Assembly (NCBI GenBank): GCA_965203315.1
Contig: OZ241857.1
Coordinates: forward strand, 1 to 64,000
Reading direction: 5' to 3'
DNA: 64,000 bases
DNA from: Nitrosopumilus sp.
Lineage (GTDB): Archaea; Thermoproteota; Nitrososphaeria; Nitrososphaerales; Nitrosopumilaceae
Shown piece by piece: positions 11,207 to 20,474 of the stretch. Within the stretch, counting starts at the first letter, position 1; each line of letters opens with the position of its first letter. The position numbers and the translations under genes were made by a program. A model generated the notes under the pieces. It worked only from the letters and a program-made list of their open reading frames with translations, ran no database searches and was not told the DNA's origin.

Positions 11207-12277
11207 ATGCGTGCCCTAGTTTATGATAAGTATAGTTTTGATGATGACTATGCCAAGATTCTAAATGTAGTTGATATTCCCGAACCGGAACCAGGTCCTG
11301 GAGAGGTAGTCTTTACCGTACGCGCAGCTGCTCTCAATTATGACGATATATGGGGAATGCGTGGCAAGCCTCTTGCTGTACCGTTACCACATATCTCTGG
11401 GACAGATGCTGCAGGTGAGGTCACTGCAGTGGGCAGTGATGTCCAAAATATCAAAGTGGGAGATCGAGTAGTATCTCATGGAAACATCTCTTGTCGAATA
11501 TGTAGAAATTGTACGTCTGGACGTGAGTTTGACTGTAGATCTAGAATGATCTGGGGATTTGAGACCGGTCCTCTCTGGGGCGGATACTGTGAAAAGACTC
11601 ATCTACCTGAAGTAAACGTAGTCAAGATTCCGGACAATATATCCTACGAGTCAGCTGCTGCGGCATCTATGACTTTATTGACTTCATGGCACATGCTGGT
11701 TGGTCGAGCAGAGATACGGCCTGGTCAAGTCATCTTGATAATGGGTGGTGGCTCTGGAGTGGGCAATTATGGAATACAGATAGCCAAACTCTTTGGTTGT
11801 ACTGTTATTGCTACTGCCAGCTCTGACAAACTAGATCAATGTATGCATCTTGGGGCAGACTATGCTGTGGATCATAGAAAGGATGACTGGCACAGTGCTG
11901 TACGCAGTATTGCAAAGAATATTCCGAAACCATATGGAGGCGTACGTGGAGTTGACGTCATCTTTGAGCATATTGGTGGTTCACATTGGAACAAAGGGCT
12001 TACACTACTCAACTATGGCGGAACCATAGTTACGACAGGTGCCACAACTGGATATGATGCATACACTGATCTACGTCATATATTCTTCAAAGGAATCAAT
12101 ATCTTTGGATCCACTCAAGGGACACGTGCTGAATTGGAGCAAGGTCTCTACTGGATGTCTCAAGGAAAGATACGATCTGTTATCGACTCTGAATATACAC
12201 TAGATCAAGCTGCTCTAGCTCATACGAGGATGCTAAGAGGTAAAGGCGTATTTGGCAAGATAATAATCAGACCATAA
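11207..12277 (+). CDS. Zinc-binding MDR-family dehydrogenase/reductase
   Basis: GroES-like domain, structural Zn CRICRNC...C, GGGSGVG Rossmann motif. Confidence 0.9.
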   Translation: MRALVYDKYSFDDDYAKILNVVDIPEPEPGPGEVVFTVRAAALNYDDIWGMRGKPLAVPLPHISGTDAAGEVTAVGSDVQNIKVGDRVVSHGNISCRICRNCTSGREFDCRSRMIWGFETGPLWGGYCEKTHLPEVNVVKIPDNISYESAAAASMTLLTSWHMLVGRAEIRPGQVILIMGGGSGVGNYGIQIAKLFGCTVIATASSDKLDQCMHLGADYAVDHRKDDWHSAVRSIAKNIPKPYGGVRGVDVIFEHIGGSHWNKGLTLLNYGGTIVTTGATTGYDAYTDLRHIFFKGINIFGSTQGTRAELEQGLYWMSQGKIRSVIDSEYTLDQAALAHTRMLRGKGVFGKIIIRP

Positions 12278-12572
12278 ACAAGAGTTATCTTGAAAGTTAA
12301 ATCTATGGCAAATCACCCATCTGATATCATCTTGACACAAAATCTTGATCGCATGACCAGTTCTTATGTAATGCGGAGAGTCACTTATCTGATATTCAAA
12401 GAGTTAGGATAGATACCCACAGTTTGACATGCAATAACAATGATAGTGTACGAGTTTACATCAATTGACGATATACGTGTAGAATGTGAATTCGTGTGAA
12501 GGTTGGACGAATCAAAAATACGATGCAATGTGCTAGAAAAGAAACGTCTACGTGAACAAATTGTTCATTAGG

Positions 12573-12580
12573 CTTAAATA
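12573..12580 (+). promoter_or_regulatory. Candidate TATA box (CTTAAATA) with no real gene downstream in this orientation
   Basis: Begins 35 nt upstream of the ATG embedded in the left repeat; the aEF-2 TATA lies 31 nt upstream of its ATG. Confidence 0.55.
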
Positions 12581-12585
12581 CAAAC

Positions 12586-12610
12586 TATTGATGTGAATAT
12601 CAATAACATG
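12586..12610 (+). repeat. Left copy of 25-bp inverted repeat flanking the S-layer gene (putative recombination site)
   Basis: TATTGAT-GTGAAT-ATCAATA-ACATG; exact reverse complement of 17724-17748. Confidence 0.9.
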
Positions 12611-12824
12611 TATAATTGTACAGGTTGTACAAGTGCTTGTAAAGTTATCTGACATGACCTTTTACAGTCTATTAGTCTACGTACCTACTTCACATCTCTT
12701 GTATCAAGTATCTTGTGAATGAGTAATATTGTATAATGCAAGAGTCAAGAATGAAGGAGTAGAGATCATCGTATATTGTCATTGACACTGTATGTAGATA
12801 TCACTATGCATAGTTGTATCATAT

Positions 12825-12840
12825 AAAAAAAGAAAAAAAA
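12825..12840 (-). terminator. Oligo-T terminator of the S-layer gene
   Basis: T8-C-T7 on the minus strand, 8 nt after the stop codon. Confidence 0.7.
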
Positions 12841-12848
12841 GGTTTGAA

Positions 12849-15800
12849 CTAGTTTACAGTTATTGTTGTTGTCTGTTGTGGAGATAGTGCAGTTGGTATA
12901 GTCAACGACTCCCATGCAAATACGGTAATTGTGTATTCACCGGATGCTGTTGGTATCCAAGACTGAGATGGACTAAACGACTGAGATGGTGTTAGTGAAC
13001 CATCAATCCAAGACAGAGATACTGTAACGCCATCGCTATCTTGAATTTGTACCAAGTATGCAAATGGCTGGTCTTTGTCTTGTGTGTTTGTCAAATCTGC
13101 AGTGATCTGGACTTGTTGATCTATTGATACTGTACTGAGTGTTGTACCTGTAGAGTCTACTATTCTCAACGACTCGATCTTTACTCGTTCTAGAGGAGGT
13201 ACTATTGTTCCTATTATGGTGGTTGCAGTGATGTCTTCAGAGTCGCCTGTATTGTATGGAGCAGGTAGAGTGTTGTCGCTGTACTTTGCAGTGACTGTGT
13301 CTCCTTCTTCTGTGGATAGTTTGTGACCGCCTGATTGGACAGAGAGTCCAAAGAATACAGTACCTTCAAAGATACCACTTGCTGGTTGAGTCTCTGTTAC
13401 TGTAAGGGTTATTCCACTAGGTGCACTAGAAGACCATACTTTGACCTCAAAGTTGTCTGCAGATTCTGGATTCAAGTTCATGTCGGGATCGATTACACGT
13501 AGTACGCCTGTAGCTGTAGCAGGATAACTTGCTTCTAGCCACTGAACCTCACCAATGTTCCAACGGATTAGAGCAGACTTGCGAACAGTCTCTTCGTCAG
13601 AGAACTCGAATGATACCTCGAGTCCGTCGTCGTTGTCTGTTGGTAATAGTCCATCGGTTGGTCCTTTACAGCTATCACATGTACGACCTGTGACGTCTTT
13701 ACCGTTCTCTCCTGTGGAATCATCACCGTCTGCGTCGTACGAGAATCCTGTCAGTATTACTTCACCTGTAAAGATACCAGTGTTTGTACCTGTCTCTACG
13801 AGTTTGTAGTTTTTAATGTCGTCGGATCTTGTAGCAACACGCACTGGATATGGATCCGCACCAATCTCGTCTACTTGGTTTGTGTTTAGGTTGTGATCAG
13901 GAGCTGTTACAGTAATGAATACCTTGTCGGTCCAACTGTATACGCTTTGATCTAGTTCTATTGTAGCACCAAAGTTTGATGTGAATACCGTTCTGTCGAT
14001 ATCTTCTGTATTATCACCTACAAAGTCTGCACCTGATGGTCCATAGTCGGTGTATTCTAGCTTGATCTCTTCACCACGCTCTAGTCTGTCGTTGTCTATG
14101 GCCTTGGGAACAGATATGACCACTTGGAAGATACCTGTGCTAGGACCAGTCTCTCGTAGAGAACCTGGTTCTGCATCGAATATACCTTCACTCAGATTCT
14201 TGGTACCTGCGTCCGAGTCCCACTTTATCAGATCAAGTGTGTATGTTTCGCGTGTACCGCTGTCTAGATCAAGGTCTGGATCGATGAGTGTTACGATCAT
14301 GTCCGAGCCTATCACATATACAGACTTGTCTGTCTGTAGAGCACCGTTTCGTAGATCAAAGGTAGCAGAGTCTGTGACTGTACGTGGGTTACCAGAAGCA
14401 TCTGTTGTATCGTTGTACTGTACGGTAAGGATATCACCTTGTAGGATGCATGTACGGCTTGTTGTACCGTCAGCTATTGTTCTACTTGGACAGTCACTGC
14501 CACTTGGCCCATCTATGTAAGATAGATCAAAGCTTACTTCGAACACTCCAGATTCAGGAGATGTCTCTGTTAGAGCACCAAACTTTGCTGGCTCTGGACA
14601 TTCACCACCACTATCTCGTGCATTAGTGTACTTTAACTCTGCCAAGAGATATGCTGTCTGTTTCGTTGTCTTTTCAGCGTCTGTAGCATCAGTATATGCC
14701 TGTAGTGCATCATCTCGTATCTGTTTTAACTTGCTGATTGCATCGCTTGCGTTTGAATCTTCGCCACCAGCATGACCTATTGCACACTCGTCACCACTGC
14801 GAGAGATCGTGACCTTTACTGGACCATTTCCGTCCTCGTCTTCGATCTTGTCCTCACCTGTAGGATTCAAGTTGTAATCTGGGTCGTTTACTTGAACATA
14901 GACTTTGACTGTACCTAGTGGAAGAGGTTCAGGAGGATTCTTCATGTCCAAGAATCCTGAAGAGCCTGGGTCTGTATCAGTGCCGTATGGAACTGGATAT
15001 ACAGTTCTATCTAGCGATACAGAGCCTGTACTTGCACCAATCGATGCAGAGTCACCAGCTGTGACTATCTGACCAGATGCATCTCTAAAGTCTAGATATG
15101 TTACGCCAATATCTTTGCCGCTTGTAGGTGTGTTAGGGTTTCTCGTGTTTACTGTATCGTCGTCATTAAAGTTGCATACTTGTTTTGGTATAGAAAATGA
15201 ACCTGTAAAGACTCCTGTACTGGATCCGGTCTCTTGTAGAGTGAATCCGGTTTTAGCGAGTCCGTTCTGAATGTTATTATCTAGGTCACATGCGCCAGAT
15301 TTCCATCTCTCACCACCAATGGTTACTTCGAGTAGCATTCCTAGTGATTTGCCACCTGGTAGTAGAGACTTGTACTTGATACCAGCTACATTGGTTACAC
15401 TCATGCCTACTTGATCTCTATCTGTGTCATTGTGGTTACTGTCCATCACTACCGTATAGGTATCAGCACGATCAGGATCTGTATTCAGATCAGAGTCCTC
15501 TAGTGTGATTACGACATTGCTGCCTACACTGTATGTCTCTGCGTTCAGAGATACCACACCACTAGAGGTTGCGATATCTTGTTGATCAGAGACCACAGCC
15601 ATGTTGCCGTTCGAGTCTATGTCTGCATAGTTTACTCGAGCATCAGAGCCTGTAATGTCCTCAAAGGCGATGAATTTGACTTCGTTGCCTATTGGGGTGA
15701 TGCTTTCGTATATGAAACCAGTTTTGATTAATTGCTTAGCTTCATTTTCAACGAATTGGTCATGTACCATAACATCAAGTTGGTTTACCATAACGTACTC

Positions 15801-17726
15801 TAGCGTTCCTGTAAAGGTGCTGGTGTTCTCGCCAGTCTCTTCTACCTCGACTCGTATAATCTGGTTTGCAACTCTCTCATCTGCTTGTGCACCATCATTA
15901 TAGAACCCATAGGAGAAGAAATCTGAAACTATTGGATATTCCTCGCCTCCTACAAATTTAAAGGGACTTGGGAAGTGTAGTGATAGTAGAAGTGGTGTAT
16001 TATCGTCTACGTTGACTTTATTTGATAGTTCTGCACCGGATATTGAAAAGTATGCACCCATATACCCACCACCACCAGCGGAATGAGCAGCTTGGACACC
16101 CCACGATGTCATGTCTCTGAGGTCATTAGTAAGAGAGTATGGGAAATCATTATTAGTAGAGCCCTTAAGAGATGCACCATAAATCACATTCCTGTCATTG
16201 TCGAGTAAGACAAGAGTGCCATCTATGCCATCTATACCAAAGATACTATAATCATAGTTGAATAGATTGCGACCTGTAAAGTTACCAACGCCGTTAAGCC
16301 CATCGTCATTGATTGATTTACGAAGATCTCCAAAAGTACCGAATGGAATAGCAACCGTGTTGACAGTAGTATTAGTAGCGACTGATATGATACCTCGGTG
16401 ACTATCATCGACGGTGTAATTTAGTACGTATATGCCACTTTGACTGGAATCTGTCGAATATGTTGGAGTGTTAATCGATCCAGTATTGTATCCATAGATT
16501 GTAATTGTATCAGTAGAACTGACACCGTCCTTTAGTGTATGTGGATCACCCGTCATGAATATTGGAATTCTTGCGTCTGGATTGGTTATCGTTTGATCGT
16601 CTTCTGCATCACTGTTGAGGTTTTGATCTGCATCGACTATGGTTAGGTCTATCTTTTCACCAGAGTTCCATGTACCGTCCTTGATATCGAGGTCTACTGT
16701 AGCAGTTGTGAGTCGTACGTTTACAGATACAGTTTCATCACTATACGTGATTTGAGTATTTTGACCGCGTGGTGCATTATCTTGAACCATTATGGGAGAC
16801 TTGTCATCGTTGGTGATGGTAAATACGCCCGTGTTCGGACCAGTCTCTTCAAAGATGTAATTTGTAGTACCCGATTCTAGTTGTAGTAGATCATTAGTGT
16901 CACTAGATCCTATGTCATCTATGCTAAAGCTACACTTGTCATCTTTACAACCAAGATTGGTACTAGTTGGCATGATCGGTCGCTTTTCAGATTCACGAAT
17001 CTTGCTAGAATTATTATCGTACATGTATGTTGGAACACCACCATCTACTGCATATCTCCAGACATCTTTAGTTGTCGGATCTATGTTTAGTATATGGTCA
17101 GTTATCTTTACGTGTACGTGAGAGTTTCTCGGATATGATGTTCTGTCTAGTGTAAGATCATTGTTTACAGAGTCATCATATGTGATCGATATTGTTTGTG
17201 GCGATCCAGCCTTGTGATACACTATGTTAAAGGTATCATCGAGTTCAAAAGACTTTACTATATCAGTGGCGTTTCCAGTCTTCTCGCCAATAGTAATGCC
17301 TGCTTGCCTAACGATATTTTTCACTTTAGGCTGACCATCATCAGTAGAATGCCACAAATTCTGGGCATCGTCAAATGAAGGAGTATTGCCATCAGGATCA
17401 TCAACCGCTCTAAAGTACCCATACCAATTGCCATCAGTGTGTCTATGCATCTTTAGCGTTGTGTCATCAACAGTTACACGAGGCTCAGCATCGTCTGCAT
17501 CACGGATCAACGGATCATTTACAATTACTTGCACTATCTGTAGTCCACCAAAGGTGTTCTCGAACCTAGAGCCATATCCATTTGGATCAGCAGCTGAGAC
17601 GTATAGGTTTGGTGTCGACTGGGCGTAAACTGGCTCCATGCTCGGCATAGCAAAGGTCAGTCCGCCTGCGACCATTATTGTCATTAGTATTAAACTAGTT
17701 GTTTTTCGTCCTATTTCGTTATTCAT
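12849..17726 (-). CDS. Thaumarchaeal S-layer protein (about 1625 aa, tandem Ig-like domains)
   Basis: Signal peptide MNNEIGRKTTSLILMTIM, NLYVSA, repeated ETG.NTG.F.G and D.D.N motifs, C-terminal QPFAYLVQIQD...WIP...FAWES; start moved to ATG 17726. Confidence 0.9.
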   Translation of the reverse strand: MNNEIGRKTTSLILMTIMVAGGLTFAMPSMEPVYAQSTPNLYVSAADPNGYGSRFENTFGGLQIVQVIVNDPLIRDADDAEPRVTVDDTTLKMHRHTDGNWYGYFRAVDDPDGNTPSFDDAQNLWHSTDDGQPKVKNIVRQAGITIGEKTGNATDIVKSFELDDTFNIVYHKAGSPQTISITYDDSVNNDLTLDRTSYPRNSHVHVKITDHILNIDPTTKDVWRYAVDGGVPTYMYDNNSSKIRESEKRPIMPTSTNLGCKDDKCSFSIDDIGSSDTNDLLQLESGTTNYIFEETGPNTGVFTITNDDKSPIMVQDNAPRGQNTQITYSDETVSVNVRLTTATVDLDIKDGTWNSGEKIDLTIVDADQNLNSDAEDDQTITNPDARIPIFMTGDPHTLKDGVSSTDTITIYGYNTGSINTPTYSTDSSQSGIYVLNYTVDDSHRGIISVATNTTVNTVAIPFGTFGDLRKSINDDGLNGVGNFTGRNLFNYDYSIFGIDGIDGTLVLLDNDRNVIYGASLKGSTNNDFPYSLTNDLRDMTSWGVQAAHSAGGGGYMGAYFSISGAELSNKVNVDDNTPLLLSLHFPSPFKFVGGEEYPIVSDFFSYGFYNDGAQADERVANQIIRVEVEETGENTSTFTGTLEYVMVNQLDVMVHDQFVENEAKQLIKTGFIYESITPIGNEVKFIAFEDITGSDARVNYADIDSNGNMAVVSDQQDIATSSGVVSLNAETYSVGSNVVITLEDSDLNTDPDRADTYTVVMDSNHNDTDRDQVGMSVTNVAGIKYKSLLPGGKSLGMLLEVTIGGERWKSGACDLDNNIQNGLAKTGFTLQETGSSTGVFTGSFSIPKQVCNFNDDDTVNTRNPNTPTSGKDIGVTYLDFRDASGQIVTAGDSASIGASTGSVSLDRTVYPVPYGTDTDPGSSGFLDMKNPPEPLPLGTVKVYVQVNDPDYNLNPTGEDKIEDEDGNGPVKVTISRSGDECAIGHAGGEDSNASDAISKLKQIRDDALQAYTDATDAEKTTKQTAYLLAELKYTNARDSGGECPEPAKFGALTETSPESGVFEVSFDLSYIDGPSGSDCPSRTIADGTTSRTCILQGDILTVQYNDTTDASGNPRTVTDSATFDLRNGALQTDKSVYVIGSDMIVTLIDPDLDLDSGTRETYTLDLIKWDSDAGTKNLSEGIFDAEPGSLRETGPSTGIFQVVISVPKAIDNDRLERGEEIKLEYTDYGPSGADFVGDNTEDIDRTVFTSNFGATIELDQSVYSWTDKVFITVTAPDHNLNTNQVDEIGADPYPVRVATRSDDIKNYKLVETGTNTGIFTGEVILTGFSYDADGDDSTGENGKDVTGRTCDSCKGPTDGLLPTDNDDGLEVSFEFSDEETVRKSALIRWNIGEVQWLEASYPATATGVLRVIDPDMNLNPESADNFEVKVWSSSAPSGITLTVTETQPASGIFEGTVFFGLSVQSGGHKLSTEEGDTVTAKYSDNTLPAPYNTGDSEDITATTIIGTIVPPLERVKIESLRIVDSTGTTLSTVSIDQQVQITADLTNTQDKDQPFAYLVQIQDSDGVTVSLSWIDGSLTPSQSFSPSQSWIPTASGEYTITVFAWESLTIPTALSPQQTTTITVN

Positions 17727-17748
17727 GTTATTGATATTCACATCAATA
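17724..17748 (-). repeat. Right copy of 25-bp inverted repeat; contains the S-layer start codon
   Basis: Plus strand CATGTTATTGATATTCACATCAATA. Confidence 0.9.
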
Positions 17749-18016
17749 CCTTGCAAGTTGGACGTGATTACTTATTTCAGGCACTTGCATGTGGGTTCAG
17801 TTAATCAAATTGTCCCTTTTTGAACAAGTCAATACAATGCTGGTTGTTAGAGATATCATGTTCCCAAGCTTGCTGATTGATAATACGTATCATATGTGAT
17901 GCTTATTAGCAGCAACATATCCATTCATGGCTTCTACCAATCACTCAATAAAAGTTTGGGAGCTCCATATCCCTAATCACCATCATAAAATGTACACAAC
18001 TGAAAAGTTTGATAGT

Positions 18017-18313
18017 CTAGAACTCTGGCGGTCTTTGGATGAACACATTACATACTAGAGCATCAGTCTTTGTATCTCTATACTGAACATTGCATGATAC
18101 GAATTTTCCTTTTAGTGCCTGTTCCAACTGTTCTGGTGTGGTCTCTTTGTATTCCGGACTATTGGGATTATCGATCTTGGAAATAATGATCTTTTCAATC
18201 TTGCCATATTCATCATTGTTGTCTTTGCGTACATGACTTATCATCATCTCAAATACATCTCCTCCAAGTATCTGTAAAACAGGTCCGCCAATACCGTCGC
18301 CCATAAAACACAC
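18017..18313 (-). CDS. Conserved hypothetical protein
   Basis: Directly follows mqnD on the same strand. Confidence 0.65.
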   Translation of the reverse strand: MCFMGDGIGGPVLQILGGDVFEMMISHVRKDNNDEYGKIEKIIISKIDNPNSPEYKETTPEQLEQALKGKFVSCNVQYRDTKTDALVCNVFIQRPPEF

Positions 18314-18316
18314 TAC

Positions 18317-19141
18317 TCATTTTGCTATGCGTAAATCAAATTTTGGAACAAGACCTTGTTTTTGTCCCATCTCAAAGAGTCGTCTTATGGATTCGTTACC
18401 TGAATCTCCCATGTTTACCGTGACCTTGTTTACGTACATTCTTACAAACCTTTCTATCAGATCTTTTGGTTTTCCACGTGAATACTGCATAGCGTATTCC
18501 AGAGCCGCATCCTCGTGGTCTAACCCAAACTGTATAGACTCTTGCAGATATCTATCAAACTTTTGTATTGTGGCATCACCGAGGTCGGTTCTTATTACAT
18601 TTACACCGAGCGGAACAGGAAGACCTCCTGTCTCTTTATTCCACCACTGACCGACATCTAGAATCTTTGTATTTCCTTCTTGATTGTAAGACAATTGTGT
18701 CTCGTGAATTACTAGCCCTGCATCAACAGTACCTTCTCTTACTGCTTTTGGGATCTCACTAAAGTTCATCTCAATATAATCAAATTTACCAATCATCAGC
18801 TGTAATAGCAAGAACGCAGACGTCATCTTGCCTGGTATAGCTATACGCGAACGCGATAGATCATTTCTACTGATATTGCTTCTTGCTGTCACTATTGGTC
18901 CATAACCTAAACCAAAACTTCCACCACTATTCAAAATTGTATATCCTGTAATATACGCGCAAGCGTGGACAGATACTGCTGTTACATCCAACTCTGGACT
19001 CATAGCCTTTTTATTCAAATGTTCGATATCTTGGATCACATGTCGTACCGTGAAATCGGGCGACGTGACTTTGCCTGTAAACATTCCATAAAACATAAAC
19101 GCGTCATCCGAGTCTGGTGTGTGTCCTACAGTTAATTGCAT
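18317..19141 (-). CDS. mqnD: 1,4-dihydroxy-6-naphthoate synthase (futalosine menaquinone pathway)
   Basis: GHTPDSDDAFMF, GYGPIV, AGLVIHE, GLPVPLG, MYVN motifs. Confidence 0.88.
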   Translation of the reverse strand: MQLTVGHTPDSDDAFMFYGMFTGKVTSPDFTVRHVIQDIEHLNKKAMSPELDVTAVSVHACAYITGYTILNSGGSFGLGYGPIVTARSNISRNDLSRSRIAIPGKMTSAFLLLQLMIGKFDYIEMNFSEIPKAVREGTVDAGLVIHETQLSYNQEGNTKILDVGQWWNKETGGLPVPLGVNVIRTDLGDATIQKFDRYLQESIQFGLDHEDAALEYAMQYSRGKPKDLIERFVRMYVNKVTVNMGDSGNESIRRLFEMGQKQGLVPKFDLRIAK

Positions 19142-19240
19142 CTGATCATATACTCTTGCCTCGTAATAAAAGTCAAAAACATGATTCGCGTAAATATGTT
19201 AATGCTATATGTGATGTGAATACAAGAGTAGAACAATATC

Positions 19241-20164
19241 ATGAATGATACAAGCAGTGTTCCAACTAGCATCGATGCGTTTGAACTCGAGATCAAATTA
19301 CAGGGTGAATTAGAATCGTGGCTTAAACTCCCAGAACCCATACCGTCTCTACAGCATAATGACGTATGTTTTGCAGGAAGTGGAGACTCGTTTGTAGCTG
19401 CAATGTTGGCTGATGTCTTTTCAAACAGCAAGATACAGTCTATGGATCCTCGTGATCTATATGACAACAGCCATCTAATTGAATCGAGACATCTTTATGT
19501 GGTCTCTGTATCTGGAAATACCATTGCAAATATCAGAGCTGCAAGTCTTGCAAAGCGTTTAACTGTTATCACAGCAGATCCACATAGTAGGCTGGCTAAG
19601 CTAACCGATGAGATCATATTGTCTAAACCTCCGGTCTTGGGTACATCCACTGCTGGTAGTGTTACATTTCTCTCTAATGCACTAGTGTGTATGTCTCTTG
19701 CAACAGAGATATCTATTCCCAAGATATCTTGCCTACTAGATATCGCAAAGCGCACGAGCCAATACGTTGTATCGCCTAGTATATTCATTTTAGGTAATTT
19801 GATCACGTTTCCTATAGCGATGTATTGTGCTGCAAAGTTTTATGAGGTTTTAGGATATAATGTACACTATTGTAGAACCGAGCAGTTTGCTCACATGGAA
19901 CTCTTTGCTGCGAGGTCAGGTGATACTGTAATAATATTTGAAAGAAAAACTCCGTATATTGATAACTTGATTCACGATCTATCTACTGCTGGCATCAATG
20001 TCATATGTCCTGACTTGCCTAAATCAAGTATAGATCAAGTGATATACTGTACACTTTTTTCACAGTTTATTACATTGTATCAAGCACGCAGGGCTGGTTT
20101 AGATGAATGCTTTTTTATATCTTCTCCAAATCGCCAGATCAGTAATCATATCATCTATCCTTGA
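19241..20164 (+). CDS. SIS-domain sugar isomerase-like protein
   Basis: FAGSGDS, VSVSGNT, EQFAH motifs. Confidence 0.8.
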   Translation: MNDTSSVPTSIDAFELEIKLQGELESWLKLPEPIPSLQHNDVCFAGSGDSFVAAMLADVFSNSKIQSMDPRDLYDNSHLIESRHLYVVSVSGNTIANIRAASLAKRLTVITADPHSRLAKLTDEIILSKPPVLGTSTAGSVTFLSNALVCMSLATEISIPKISCLLDIAKRTSQYVVSPSIFILGNLITFPIAMYCAAKFYEVLGYNVHYCRTEQFAHMELFAARSGDTVIIFERKTPYIDNLIHDLSTAGINVICPDLPKSSIDQVIYCTLFSQFITLYQARRAGLDECFFISSPNRQISNHIIYP

Positions 20165-20443
20165 TGATGACGTTTGAGCCATCGTCTTCATATGACGATG
20201 ATGGTTTTATTCATCTATTGCGGTTCTTTTGACCGTTGTTAACTATCCATCTTCAAAACGCATATGAGTAAATTCAACGATGAGGTAATTTGCATGAACA
20301 CACTTGTGTTGGAATCTGGGCGTGATCTTGAGAGTTTGTGATGTTGTTCATTATTTCCAGATTAAAAGAATTTGTTAATCATCTAGAGTTTTTGAGAATT
20401 ATGCATAGTTCATCAGCACATAAAATGGAGCACAAGGCTAAGG

Positions 20444-20450
20444 TTTAATA
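20444..20450 (+). promoter_or_regulatory. TATA box of aEF-2
   Basis: TTTAATA 31 nt upstream of ATG. Confidence 0.6.
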
Positions 20451-20474
20451 GCTCAACACTAAAGGTGCTGAAAT

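Noticed and set aside
13555-17628. Antisense and alternate-frame ORFs inside the S-layer gene, and similar ones in other long genes
   Set aside because: Shadow ORFs of well-supported genes.
17727-17756. Upstream start of the S-layer ORF in the track (MQGIDVNINN)
   Set aside because: The family N-terminus is MNNEIGRK; the extension is the repeat site itself.
17790-18000. Possible IS end (GGTTCAGTT) and a GD*GY transposase-like trace upstream of the S-layer gene
   Set aside because: Too short and degraded to support, though relevant if it displaced a native promoter.
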